NCBI RefSeq assembly: GCF_002113885.1
Contig: NW_018408349.1
Span: forward strand, 142,945-206,944
Origin: Mizuhopecten yessoensis
Lineage: Eukaryota
Length of the DNA: 64,000 bases
Reading direction: 5' to 3'
Made by a program: the position numbers and the translations under genes. The notes beneath the pieces were generated by a model. The model did no database searches, was not told the DNA's origin, and saw only the letters and a list, made by a program, of their open reading frames with translations. This document shows positions 33,800 to 46,830 of this stretch, piece by piece (positions within the stretch are counted from its first letter, which is position 1; each line of letters begins with the position of its first letter).

Positions 33800-36700
33800 T
33801 ATTCACAACCAAGTCCCCTTCAATCTTCCTCTACTCACCACCACGTCCCCTTTCGTCTTCCTCTATTCACTATCACGTCCCCTTCAGGCTTCCTCTATTC
33901 ATCTATTCACCACCACGTCCCCTTCAATCTTCCTCTATTCACCACCACGTCCCCTTCAATCTTCCTATATTTACCACCACGTCCCCTTCCTTCCGTCTTC
34001 CTCTATTCACCACTACGTCACCTTCANNNNNNNNNNNNNNNNNNNNNNNNNNNNNNNNNNNNNNNNNNNNNNNNNNNNNNNNNNNNNNNNNNNNNNNNNN
34101 NNNNNNNNNNNNNNNNNNNNNNNNNNNNNNNNNNNNNTTACGTCCGCTTCCGTCGTCCTCTATTCATCTGTTCACCATCACGTCCCATTCAATCTTCCTC
34201 TATTCTCCACCACGTCCCCTTCCGTCTTCCTCTATTCACCATCCCGTCCCCTTCAATCTTCCTCTATTCACCACCACGTCCCCTTCCGTCTTCCTTTATT
34301 CACCACCACGTCCCCTTCCGTCTTCCTCATTTCACCACCAGGTCCCCTTCCGTCTTCCTCTTTTCATCACCANNNNNNNNNNNNNNNNNNNNNNNNNNNN
34401 NNNNNNNNNNNNNNNNNNTCTTCCTCTATTCACCACCACGTCCCCTTCCGTCTTCCTTTATTCACCACCACGTCCCCTTCCGTCTTCCTCATTTCACCAC
34501 CAGGTCCCCTTCCGTCTTCCTCTATTCACCACCACGTCCCCTTCAATCTTCCTATATTCTCCCTTCCGTCTTCCTCTTTTGACCACCACGTCCCATTCAA
34601 TCTTCCTCTATTCTTCACCACGTCCCCTTCAATATTCCTCTATTCACCACCACACCTCTTCAGTACTCTCTTATTTACCACCACGTCCCCTTCAGTCTTC
34701 TCTTATTCACCACCACGTCCCTCTTCAATCTTCATCTATTCAACACCACGTCCCCTTCAATCTTCTTCTATTCACTATCACGTCAGATTCAATCTTCCTC
34801 TCTTCACCACCACGTCCCCATCCGTCTTCCTCTATTGACCACCACGTCCAATTCATTCTTCCTCTATTCTCCACCCCGCCCCCATAATATTCCTCTTTTT
34901 ACCACCACACCCCTTCAGTCCTCTCTTTTTCAGCACCACGTCCCCTTCAGTCCTCCTCTATTCACCATCACGTCCCCTTCCGTCGTCCTCTATTCCTCTG
35001 TTCCCCATCACGTCCCATTCAATCTTTCTCTATTCTCCACCACTTCCCCTTTCGTCTTCCTCTATTCACAACTACGTCCCCTTCCGTCTTCCTATCTATT
35101 CTCCACCACGTCCCCTTCCGTCCTCTCTTATTCACCACCACATCCCCTTCAATATTCCTCCATTCACCACCGCACCTCTTCAGTTCTCTCTTATTTACCA
35201 ACACGTCCCCTTCAGTCTTCTCCTATTCACCACCACGTCCCATTCAATCTTTCTCTATTCTCCACCACTTCCCCTTTCGTCTTCCTCTATTCACAACTAC
35301 GTCCCCTTCCGTCTTCCTATCTATTCTCCACCACGTCCCCTTCCGTCGTCCTCTATTCCGTCCCCTTCAGTCCTCCTCTATTCACCATCACGTAATATTC
35401 CTCTATTCACCACCATGTCCCCTTCTGTCCTCTCTTATTCACCACCACGTCCTCTTCAGTCCTCTCTTATTCACCACCACCACACCCCTTCAGTCCTCTC
35501 TTTTTCAGCACCACGTCCCCTCCAGTCCTCTCTTATTCACCACCACATCCCCTTCAATATTCCTCCATTCACCACCGCACCTCTTCAGTTCTCTCTTATT
35601 TACCAACGCGTCCCCTTCAGTCTTCTCCTATTCACCACCACGTCCCTTTCCGTCTTCCTCTATTTACCACCACGTCCCCTTCCGTCTTCCTCTATTTACC
35701 ACCACGTCCCCTTCCGTCCTCTCTTATTCACCACCACCACACCCCTTCAGTCATCTCTTTTTCAGCACCACGTCCCCTCCAGTCCTCTCTTATTCACCAC
35801 CACATCCCCTTCCGTCTTCTTCTTTTCACCATCACGTCCCCTTCAATCTCCCTCTCTTCCCCACCACGTCCCCTTCCGTCCTCTCTTATTCACCACCACC
35901 ACACCCCTTCAGTCCTCTCTTATTCACCACCACGTCCTCTTCAGTCCTCTCTTATTCACCACCACCACACCCCTTCAGTCATCTCTTTTTCAGCACCACG
36001 TCCCCTCCAGTCCTCTCTTATTCACCACCACGTCCTCTTCAGTCCTCTCTTATTCACCACCACCACACCCCTTCAGTCCTCTCTTATTCACCACCACGTC
36101 CCATTAAATCTTCCTCTATTCACCATCACGTCCCCTTCCGTCTTCTTTTATTCTCCACCAAGTCCCCTTCCGTCTTCCTATATATTGTCCATCACGTCCC
36201 CTTCCGTCTTCCTCTATTCTCCACCACGCCCCCATAATATTCCTCTTTTCACCACCACACCCCTTCAGTCCTCTCTTTTTCAGCACCACGTCCCCTTCAG
36301 TCCTCTCTTATTCACCACCACATCCCCTTCCGTCTTCTTCTATTCACCACCTCATCCCCTTCAATCTTCCTCTATTCACCACTACGTCCTCTTCCGTCTT
36401 CCTATATATTGTCCATCACGTCCCCTTCCGTCGTCCTCTATTCATCTATTCACCACCACGTCCCATTCAATCTTCCTCTATTCTCCACCACGACCACTTC
36501 CGTCTTCCTCTATTCTCCACCACGTCCCCTTCCGTCTTCCTCTATTCACCACCACGTCCCCTTCAATCTTCCTCTATTCACCACCACGTCCCTTCAGTCC
36601 TCTCTTTTTCAGCACCACGACCCCTTCAGTCCTCTCTTATTCACCACCACGTCCCCTTCCGTCTTCTTCTATTCACCACCTCATCCCCTTCAATCTTCCT

Positions 36701-39700
36701 CTATTCACCACCACGTCCCCTTCAATCTTCCTCTATTCACCACCACGTCCCTTCAGTCCTCTCTTTTTCAGCACCACGTCCCCTTCAGTCCTCTCTTATT
36801 CACCACCACATCCCCTTCCGTCTTCTTCTATTCACCACCTCATCCCCTTCAATCTTCCTCTATTCACCACTACTTCCTCTTCCGTCTTCCTATATATTGT
36901 CCATCACGTCCCCTTCCGTCGTACTCTATTCATCTATTCACCACCACGTCCCATTCAATCTTCCTCTATTCTCCACCACGACCACTTCCGTCTTCCTCTA
37001 TTCTCCACCACGTCCCCTTCCGTCTTCCTCTATTCACCATCACGTCCCCTTCAATCTTCCTCTATTCACCACCACATCCCCTTCCTTCCGTCTTCCTCTA
37101 TTCACCACCATGTCCCCTTCTGTCCTCTCTTATTCACCACCACGTCCCCTACAGTCTTCTCTTATTCATCACATCACCTTCAGTCCTCTCTTATTCACCA
37201 CCACGTCCCCTTCAATCTTCCTCTATTCACCACCACATCCCCATCCGTCGTCCTCTATTCACCGCCACATCCCCTTCCGTCTTCCTCTATTTACCACTAC
37301 GTCCCCTTCCGTCGTACTCTATTCATCTGTTCACCACCACGTCCCATTAAATCTTCCTCTATTCACTATCACGTCCCCTTCCGTCGTCCTCTATTCATCT
37401 GTTCACCATCACGTCCTATTCAATCCTCCTCTTTTCACTATCACGCCCCCTTCCGTCGTCCTCTATTCCTCTGTTCACCATCACGTCCCATTCAATCTTC
37501 CTCTATTCACTATCACGTCCCCTTCCGTCTTCTTCTATTCATCTATTCACCACCACGTCACATTCAATCTCCCTCTATTCACCACTACGTCCCCTTCCGT
37601 CGTACTCTATTCATCTGTTCACCACCACGTCCCATTAAATCTTCCTCTATTCACTATCACGTCCCCTTCCGTCGTCCTCTATTCATCTGTTCACCATCAC
37701 GTCCCATTCAATCTTCCTCTATTCTCCACCACGTCCCCTTCCGTCTTCCTCTATTCACCACCACGTCCCCTTCCGTCTTTCCTATTCACCATCCCGTCCC
37801 ATTCAATCTTCCTCTATTCACCATCACGTCCACTTCCGTCTTCCTCTATTAACCACCACGACCTCTTCAATCTTCCTCTATTCACCACCACGTCCCCTCT
37901 CGTCTTCCTTAACATTCACAACCACGTCCCCTTCAATCTTCCTCTATTCCCCACCACGTCCCCTTCAATCTTCCTCTATTCACCACCACGTCCCCATCCG
38001 TCTTCCTCTATTGACTACCACGTCCAATTCATTCTTCCTCTATTCTCCACCACGCCCCCATAATATTCCTCTATTCACCACGACACCCCTTCAGTCCTCT
38101 CTTTTTCAGCACCACGTCCCCTTCAGTCCTCTCTTATTCACCACCACATCCCCTTCCGTCTTCTTCTATTCACCACCACATCCCCTTCAATCTTCCTCTA
38201 TTCACCACTACGTCCTCTTCCGTCTTCCTATATATTGTCCATCACGTCCCGTTCCGTCGTCCTCTATTCATGTATTCACCACCACGTCTCATTCAATCTT
38301 CCTCTATTCTCCACCACNNNNNNNNNNNNNNNNNNNNNNNNNNNNNNNNNNNNNNNNNNNNNNNNNNNNNNNNNNNNNNNNNNNNNNNNNNNNNNNNNNN
38401 NNNNNNNNNNNNNNNNNNNNNNNNNNNNNNNNNNNNNNNNNNNNNNNNNNNNNNNNNNNNNNNNNNNNNNNNNNNNNNNNNNNNNNNNNNNNNNNNNNNN
38501 NNNNNNNNNNNNNNNNNNNNNNNNNNNNNNNNNNNNNNNNNNNNNNNNNNNNNNNNNNNNNNNNNNNNNNNNNNNNNNNNNNNNNNNNNNNNNNNNNNNN
38601 NNNNNNNNNNNNNNNNNNNNNNNNNNNNNNNNNNNNNNNNNNNNNNNNNNNNNNNNNNNNNNNNNNNNNNNNNNNNNNNNNNNNNNNNNNNNNNNNNNNN
38701 NNNNNNNNNNNNNNNNNNNNNNNNNNNNNNNNNNNNNNNNNNNNNNNNNNNNNNNNNNNNNNNNNNNNNNNNNNNNNNNTATTCAATCTTCCTCTATTCT
38801 CCTCCACGTCCACTTCCGTCTTCATATATTCACCACCACACCCCTTCCTTCCGTCTTCCTCTATTCACCACTACGTCATCTTCAGTCCTCTCGTATTCAC
38901 CACCACGTCTCCTTCAGACCTCTCTTATTCACCACCACGTCCCCTTCCGTCTTCCTCTATTCACCACCATGTCCCTTTCCGTCTTCCTCTATTCACCATC
39001 AAGTCCCCTTCAATCTTCCTCTATTCACCACCACGTCCCGTTCAATATTCCTTTATTCACCATCACGTCCCCTTCTGTCTTCCTCTAATCACNNNNNNNN
39101 NNNNNNNNNNNNNNNNNNNNNNNNNNNNNNNNNNNNNNNNNNNNNNNNNNNNNNNNNNNNNNNNNNNNNNNNNNNNNNNNNNNNNNNNNNNNNNNNNNNN
39201 NNNNNNNNNNNNNNNNNNNNNNNNNNNNNNNNNNNNNNNNNNNNNNNNNNNNNNNNNNNNNNNNNNNNNNNNNNNNNNNNNNNNNNNNNNNNNNNNNNNN
39301 NNNNNNNNNNNNNNNNNNNNNNNNNNNNNNNNNNNNNNNNNNNNNNNNNNNNNNNNNNNNNNNNNNNNNNNNNNNNNNNNNNNNNNNNNNNNNNNNNNNN
39401 NNNNNNNNNNNNNNNNNNNNNNNNNNNNNNNNNNNNNNNNNNNNNNNNNNNNNNNNNNNNNNNNNNNNNNNNNNNNNNNNNNNNNNNNNNNNNNNNNNNN
39501 NNNNNNNNNNNNNNNNNNNNNNNNNNNNNNNNNNNNNNNNNNNNNNNNNNNNNNNNNNNNNNNNNNNNNNNNNNNNNNNNNNNNNNNNNNNNNNNNNNNN
39601 NNNNNNNNNNNNNNNNNNNNNNNNNNNNNNNNNNNNNNNNNNNNNNNNNNNNNNNNNNNNNNNNNNNNNNNNNNNNNNNNNNNNNNNNNNNNNNNNNNNN

Positions 39701-40140
39701 NNNNNNNNNNNNNNNNNNNNNNNNNNNNNNNNNNNNNNNNNNNNNNNNNNNNNNNNNNNNNNNNNNNNNNNNNNNNNNNNNNNNNNNNNNNNNNNNNNNN
39801 NNNNNNNNNNNNNNNNNNNNNNNNNNNNNNNNNNNNNNNNNNNNNNNNNNNNNNNNNNNNNNNNNNNNNNNNNNNNNNNNNNNNNNNNNNNNNNNNNNNN
39901 NNNNNNNNNNNNNNNNNNNNNNNNNNNNNNNNNNNNNNNNNNNNNNNNNNNNNNNNNNNNNNNNNNNNNNNNNNNNNNNNNNNNNNNNNNNNNNNNNNNN
40001 NNNCATTCACCACCATGTCCCCTTTGCTTTTCACTGTTTACCACCACGTCTCCTTTGCTTTTCACTGTTTACCACCACGTCCCCTTTGGTTTTCACTGTT
40101 AACCACCACGTCCCGTTTGCTTTTCACTGTTTACCACCAC
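33800..40140. repeat. Pyrimidine-rich ~32-bp satellite (tcaccaccacgtccccttccgtcttcctctat) with assembly gaps
   Basis: Direct tandem repetition; four N-gaps inside the array. Confidence 0.95.
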
Positions 40141-41090
40141 TAAATGTATGATTAGTTCTAGATACTGATTATTCTCAACTTCTTTAAGTATTAAGAAGGA
40201 TATTGACAAAGGCGACCATGAACTGAAAATCAAGGTCACTTAAGAATATTTTACATCATCAGCCGTTTATTTTTATCTAATATGCCATGAAGACAATTGC
40301 CAATATATAGTTGATATCACGATATCATTGTAAAATGTCTTATATCCTATTACGACATAAATATGGACTCTATATCATTTAAGTTTCAGTACTTTAGGTT
40401 TGATATCACTACCCCCATTCTCGCACTGAGGGCGTGACATTTTACATCGAAAGGTGATTATCCTTCTTGAACACCAGGGTCTGTATTCATGAAACTGTTA
40501 CCATGCTCAAGCTAAGATTCTGTGCTCAGACCCATTTTTTTGCTTTGGAGATAACGTAGTAAAAATTCGTATTTTTCTATACTCTGGGAGACTTTTGGAG
40601 AGAGATAAAGCTGTATACTGTTTTCAATGATTACGCATGGCATTTTTATCGTGTCACATTATTTGAGTAATAATGGTTTCATGAACGAGTGCCCTGGTCT
40701 TATTGTTCCATTGTCAACGGTATCTGTAAATCATTCGTTTGTTAACATTTTGGCCTAGTGTTATCTGCTTATTTCTGTTTAAGACTTCATTTAACCTTTC
40801 TTCTTGCTCTCCCTCCTTATACGCAATGGTTCCATTCTTGGTACTTTCCTTCAGAACTGCCTTGTAATGTTACGTATGGTCCTAAAATTCCCTCTGCTTT
40901 AAGCTTCTTTCAGACATCTCTGCCTGGTCCTCTATGTGTTTGTTTTTTTATCATTTCTTGAGTTCACATTTACTTTCTTGACAACACCGCAACACTGACG
41001 CCCGCCCCTCTCCTCGTCACTTACACCCGTTCTCGACTGCAGTCGTTGTTTCATGTTTGCCCTCTCTTTAGCTCCTTACAATAACCTATC

Positions 41091-41369
41091 TTTCTGGTGT
41101 CCTTTGATAGTGAGTCTGATGACTTTTCAGGAGACAGTGGTGATGATTTTTCAGATAGTGATGGAGTAGATGAGCTGGACTTTTTCTCCTGTCCATTACA
41201 ACTTAATGTGTTTTGTCCTGTGAAACAACCTATGGCTACCAACTCCCCTAAGGAACCCAGTCCAACCAACGGTTGTGAAAGTGACAAGAGACAACAGGAG
41301 ATACTGGATGTTAACTTGAAATGGAGCATGAACTTTTCTATAAGTCAACGGGAAAAATCCAAATCTAAG
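41091..41369 (+). pseudogene. PPP1R15: Inverted partial duplicate of PPP1R15, penultimate-exon 3' part (in-frame ATG at 41232); pseudogene or mini-gene
   Basis: 277/279 nt identical to 61168-60890 (revcomp); intact donor gtacgt at 41370; in-frame TAA at 41082. Confidence 0.85.
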
Positions 41370-42899
41370 GTACGTACACATGAAATTGATACCTCGTAAT
41401 GAATATGACAAAAGTTTATCTTTCCGATAGGTTTAATGTCCCCTCCGTTTAATCGGCTATGTATCTTTGGGCTGTAAAGTTCACAAATGTTGCCTGATAT
41501 ATCGAATTCGAAAAGATGCAGACGTGTACTTTTGACACACTTTAAAATAAATTACGTCAGTTGTCAAACACTTTTAGTAGCAGTGTTTGCACTGGTTATT
41601 GTCATCAATAAAGGGACTATTTCCAGCTATGTTAAAATTACATAAGAGCCTGCCCCCTCATAACTTTTGGTTCAGAAGTGCTTCGAGATTTATGCTGCTG
41701 TTTTAACTTTTTTTCAATCCCTTATACATCAGAGTTATTACTTTGAATCACTCTTCTAATTATTTAGATGATTAATTAACCTTATTACAGCATGAGTGTC
41801 GAAAAATGGAATATCAGCCTGAAAGTATTTTTCTGAAAAAAACCCATATTTTTTGCAACGTAATACTTGGGAAAGACATTTTCTTTCATGTAGTGCTTTA
41901 ATACATTTATCATCCAGAATGCGAGTTTAATCGAACATTTTGTGAACATTTTAATGTAAAATCTCATTATTCCTGTATACCAAACATTTTCATAGTATGA
42001 AGAAGTGGTGTTATTTTAAATATATATGCAAAACTTCAGTCCAAAAAAGTGGTGGAAAGTATTCATTTCGCACAACAAAGTACCCTGTGTACCCAAAAAG
42101 GTGAGGGCACAGACACCTCCCTGGCGTCCACCAAAAAAACAATGCACCTGATAACAGGTAATTAATGAAATTCGTTGCAAGTCTACAATAAACCTTTCAG
42201 TGCATGTTAGGTCACAAACAATTCCAAATTCCCATCTATTTCATCACTTGGCGCGATTGATAAAGGTTTTGTTAACAATTAATTTTGAAATAAAATGTAT
42301 TTTTTTGTCACTTTTTAGAATCTGTTCTTATACATTTTGTTATCATTTTTCATACATTTTATCATCAGACATTCGTTTTTACATTGCTTTTAGAGGATAT
42401 TTCATATTCATTTGTTAATATTCATCTCATAATGAAGAGTAAATGTATTGATGAAGGTCGCCATCGTATTTTCGCGAAATCTCGTAAATGTAAAGGTACA
42501 CGAAATGTAAAAACAAAATCCATAATATAAATGGCTTTTGGATATACTGACTAAAAGTGGCATAAATTGCTCAAATGAGTTAGTATTTGCGCAAAAGAGA
42601 ACCTGAAACAGAACGTTTTTAAGAAGAAACTGCTAGAAGTTTTTTTGTCTCGTAACAATCAAGGACCTGTTTTACGGGTCCTGTTCACATAAAAATGTTG
42701 TCTTTCTTTTAACGATTTGAATTCGAAGGGAAGCAAATCCACAAAAACGTGCCAGGCATCAGTTAATTTTCACACACAAATTGTGGTGTTATGCGTCATC
42801 ACGTGTATGTTCATTTCATCTTATTGGCAATGACCTAAACCCTTGCATACAGGTTATCCTATAAGGAAGAGAGTGTTTGAACTCTCAATTATGAAGTAG

Positions 42900-44100
42900 G
42901 TCATCTGAAATAATTGATGACCTTTTAGAAGTGTCGCACATTGTATCAAAGAATCAATCAGCCTTCACTCTCAATTTTTGTCTCTTGGATTACCCTGACT
43001 GCAAAGCTTGGACAGGTTGGTCAAAGTACAGTTTCTCAAAATCCATACGTAATGTGTCCCATTTCTTTCTTATTAAGGATATACCAAAACTACACAAAAT
43101 GCTCTTTTACCGTTTTGGGTTAAGATGAAAACTGATATCTCATGTAATTAAGTGTTCCGCTCTTTTTGGCATTTCCCGGCCTAATATTTCGAAGACCTTT
43201 CATTCTGTAGAACAAGCATTGAATAAATCTATAGTTCCAGTGTTCCCTGGTCCTGACCATTTGAGTAGGGGNTGTTCCTTGGTCCTGACCATTTGAGTAG
43301 GGAACATATACTTTCACAAATACTTTATTATCAGAAACATTCTTTGGAGACAAAGTGACTGCCTTAATAGATGGTACAAATATTTATATTACATCATAGA
43401 CAAGCTCACATGGTTGGAGCAAGACGACAATGTAGTCGTTGATCGTGGTTTTAGTAATATCCTGCCAACGTATGGGGCATCTGTTACTGATACCAGTATG
43501 TACTCATATCTTAAGACATGTCAGAGACAACACTCTGATCTACAGGATAACATTGACAGAACAGTTACCAAATCCCGATGGATTGTAGAGTCTTTTTATG
43601 GCCGTATTAAGCATTGGATAATTTTTAGAACTCAATATCAAATTGCTTCATTGATATAATTGAGGAAGTGCTAAAGATTGTGACTGCATGTCTCAATTGG
43701 ATACGGGGACCAATTTATCATAGACCACCGAAACTGACATAAAAGACAGAGAACTCGCACATCAAATAAAGTGTATACTCAACCAGCTCATTCCAAGAAA
43801 GCAAACTCAGAATTCGTAAAGATTATGAAATATGGGTGAATCGGCACTATCAGGGCTCCTATGTTGCCAGATTTGTTCCAGAAACAACAGCCAAACTAAA
43901 TACAATGTTTGGATTCAGTACAGCACGACACCAAATGATAATAATCTAATAAAAGATTACTACTGCCAATGCCCAGTTGGTCAAAGAACTATGGGAATGT
44001 ATGCTCCTACATCAAGTATACTTTATTATCTTGGCTATCATAGCAATCTTTAAAATCCAAAACAATTGCACCCAAGGGCTAAGAAGTTCCGACAAAGCTT
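42900..44100 (+). mobile_element. Degenerate DDE_Tnp_4-type (PIF/Harbinger-ISL2EU-like) transposase with C-terminal SWIM-like zinc finger
   Basis: ALIDGTNIYI (~43360), VVDRGF, RTVTKSRWIVESFYGRIKHW and YYCQCPVGQRTMG...SILYYLG; stops, frameshifts and an internal deletion. Confidence 0.75.
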
Positions 44101-44278
44101 GAAATAAGTTGTTTTCTTGAGAATCTAGAAAACAAACTCAAAGCCTCGCAACCTTTTTTTCTTCTTTCTTTTTTCCGAGTCTGCCATTCGAACACATACA
44201 TGTATCATACTCTTGCATCTTGGAAAAAATTATCTGTAAATGTCATCAGATGTTAATACGGCGTCTTACTTTAATAAA

Positions 44279-45230
44279 GAGGTATGGCGGAAAACTGCCC
44301 GTATTTCCATAAGTCGGCATTTATGAAAACGGAGAAAAAAATTAAGGAGTAAAACAATTCGTGTAGCCAAAATGCATACAAAAGATACAAAACCAATTGA
44401 ATATGATTTTTTAAACTGCTGAGAAATTATGTATTGCTAATATGATACTGCAAATATAGCCATATACACTATATCTATGAAAGTGATGGGGTTTCCCGGA
44501 CTTAAAAAAATACTTTCAACACTTTCCCATCCGAGGACCAACTTTTGAATAAACTTTTTGTGACCGTGATGTAATATGCAAAAACAAATCGTATTACGGA
44601 AAAGTGGTCCTCCTTTGGGAAAGTGCTCAATTAATGAAAAACAGGGGTGATCAAGTTTCTCTAAACTGCGACCAGTGTTTCTCGGGTTAAATCAGTTTGT
44701 AATTGCCAATATCGATATGTTCTATGTAGCCGAATGTGTAACGCAGTTTACTTGTGATTAGAAAATAAACGGTGCAGGTTCGAATCCTCCTTCAGTTATT
44801 TTTTATTTTAAATATTTAGGCATGTTATCATTTTCCTTAATAAGGCATTGGTGTTTTGCTTTTTTTAAATCGATGGAAGATTTTGTTTACATTTTAATGA
44901 CATACTTCTATCGAAGCATGTCAACAAATCCCTGTACACGTGTACAGTACAGCTACGCTTTGTAGGTAAGACACTATTTTTGATGAAATTTATGAATTGT
45001 TTTACCCTCCAACTGGCAATAGTAAGTATATCAAGTGCTTAAACACCAACAAATAATGCCGAATTACCAAATATGTGGTCTGTTTACAATAATCTATTCT
45101 TAGACACGGGATTCCGATATTGCTACCTGTATAAAAATACCTGAGGACGCGTCATAACAGTGCACGGTTGGATGCGCGCACTAGCGTACCATAGCTTTGG
45201 GGAAATAGGCATAGCAACCCGCCATATCTC
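44279..45230 (+). mobile_element. MITE copy A (GAG(G/C)TATGGCGG TIRs; AAA|element|TTT junction, Spy-like)
   Basis: Inverted termini; homologous in reverse orientation to 46831-47912. Confidence 0.75.
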
Positions 45231-46028
45231 TTTATAAAAACAAAGTAACAAACAAACATGCAATCTCTGAATTCCATTGATATTGCAAGAAAGTTGTCTG
45301 AGAATCTGACAACTGATAAGGCAGTAGAATGAATTTTGATGGCCATCTTGAAAAGGGATAAACCAACGATTTTTTTCCAAAAATGTTCTCCATTGATTAA
45401 ATTCTTCATTTCTGTCAGTTTTCAGTTATAACGATTAGACTACATGAATTCTGATGTATAGACCCTATGGTCATTTGATCCCTTCTTTGAATATGTTCCA
45501 CCACATATTTTGGATTGATATTTTTGTCACTGGTAGTTCATAATCTAGTCCTTTTATAATCAAAATATTTTTGGTATACAAAAGTTATAAGATACTTTTA
45601 GTCTAAGATGACCACACATTTTGTCTGGAAAATATCATTGCTTGAGATGGCTTCCGACTGTTGATTTGTTTGTAAATATCTGATAACTCACTATAGAGAT
45701 TTTTACATGTATACTGTAGCATATATTCCCTAGTTGTGGTTGCATCATAAATGATCCTTCAATGCATTATTAGTTTGACAACATTCGACTTTTGGGGGGA
45801 AACTCTTGACCTTTTGAGAATTTCAGTTTTATGCTCTTACGAAAAACGAAGTGCTCATTTGAAATTTGGTTGGTGTTTTTGTTGTGATAAGGTTTAGGTC
45901 TACACCTCACCAAAAGAAAATTGAAATCAAAGGAGGGGCCATTTTGGAACCCCTCACCCCCTTTCATCTCGCAAAAAAATATTTACGAAGACTTTTTTTA
46001 TATTTAAAATGACCTAAACATTTTGCAG

Positions 46029-46226
46029 GTGACTTTTGCTGAGGGAGACCAGTTGTGTACAGTATATGATTTGGATGATGAAGACCGGAAATCACACTGG
46101 GAGGAATGTGTCCGTGATAGGGAACGATTTCAACGCCGAATTACTGAAGTGGGGGAGATCATGAAGCCTGTGTTATCGATGGAGAGAAGAGATAGAATTT
46201 ATCACCAATATTTAAAACAGAACTGA
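46029..46226 (+). pseudogene. PPP1R15: Inverted duplicate of the PPP1R15 terminal coding exon (VTFAEG...RDRERFQRRI...QN*); pseudogene or mini-gene
   Basis: Identical to 60448-60251 (revcomp); intact ttgcag acceptor; identity continues into the 3' UTR to ~46280. Confidence 0.88.
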
Positions 46227-46830
46227 AGACAGACTACGATACAGATGATGACTAGAGACTGAGGTTATAATGTGATGGTTGATATATAAGTACATACATT
46301 TAGAGGCCATTGTATTTCTTGATTCAGGTTTACTGATGATTACTGTGTATCATTGGTAATAGTTAATAGACCGCAAGAGGCCCCAGGGACCTGAAGCCGA
46401 TCGTCTAATGTAGTATTTCTGTTTTTTACTCACTGCCAACACGCTTTTGGTCAAAGCTCGTTATTCCAAGTCTTTTTCCTTCTTCAGAGGAAGTCATTTG
46501 GGTATATATTTGTTAAGGTTGTTTCTTTCCGGAAAATGTTTAGCTATCTATTTCGGTAAGCTAGAGGCCAAATAGCATGACGATCCCTGTAATCTTTAAA
46601 GTGTCCAGCTTATTTTACCTTGAATGAATGTCAAAGTTATTTCTGTTCTCCAATTTTGTTGCACGCCATACTAACAACAAGCCAACCTACATGATTCTAG
46701 AAATCGGTTTCCCTGAAGGAGTCATTTTCACAACATCGACTGTGAATATGGGTTAAGGTCATTCCTTTTTGCAAACTTTGAAGCACTAGATGGCAAAATT
46801 AAACAGAATGTATTTGAGTATTTCGACAAA

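Noticed and set aside
33791-40151. Long His/Pro/Ser/Phe-rich ORFs (up to 710 aa)
   Set aside because: They are translations of a stop-poor 32-bp satellite, open in all three + frames and run through N-gaps.
41131-41352. A>G differences in the duplicate as proof of RNA-editing-templated conversion
   Set aside because: Only two sites, and transitions are the commonest substitutions; suggestive at most.
43244-43303. Direct repeat tggtcctgaccatttgagtaggg around a single N
   Set aside because: Most likely an unmerged contig overlap.
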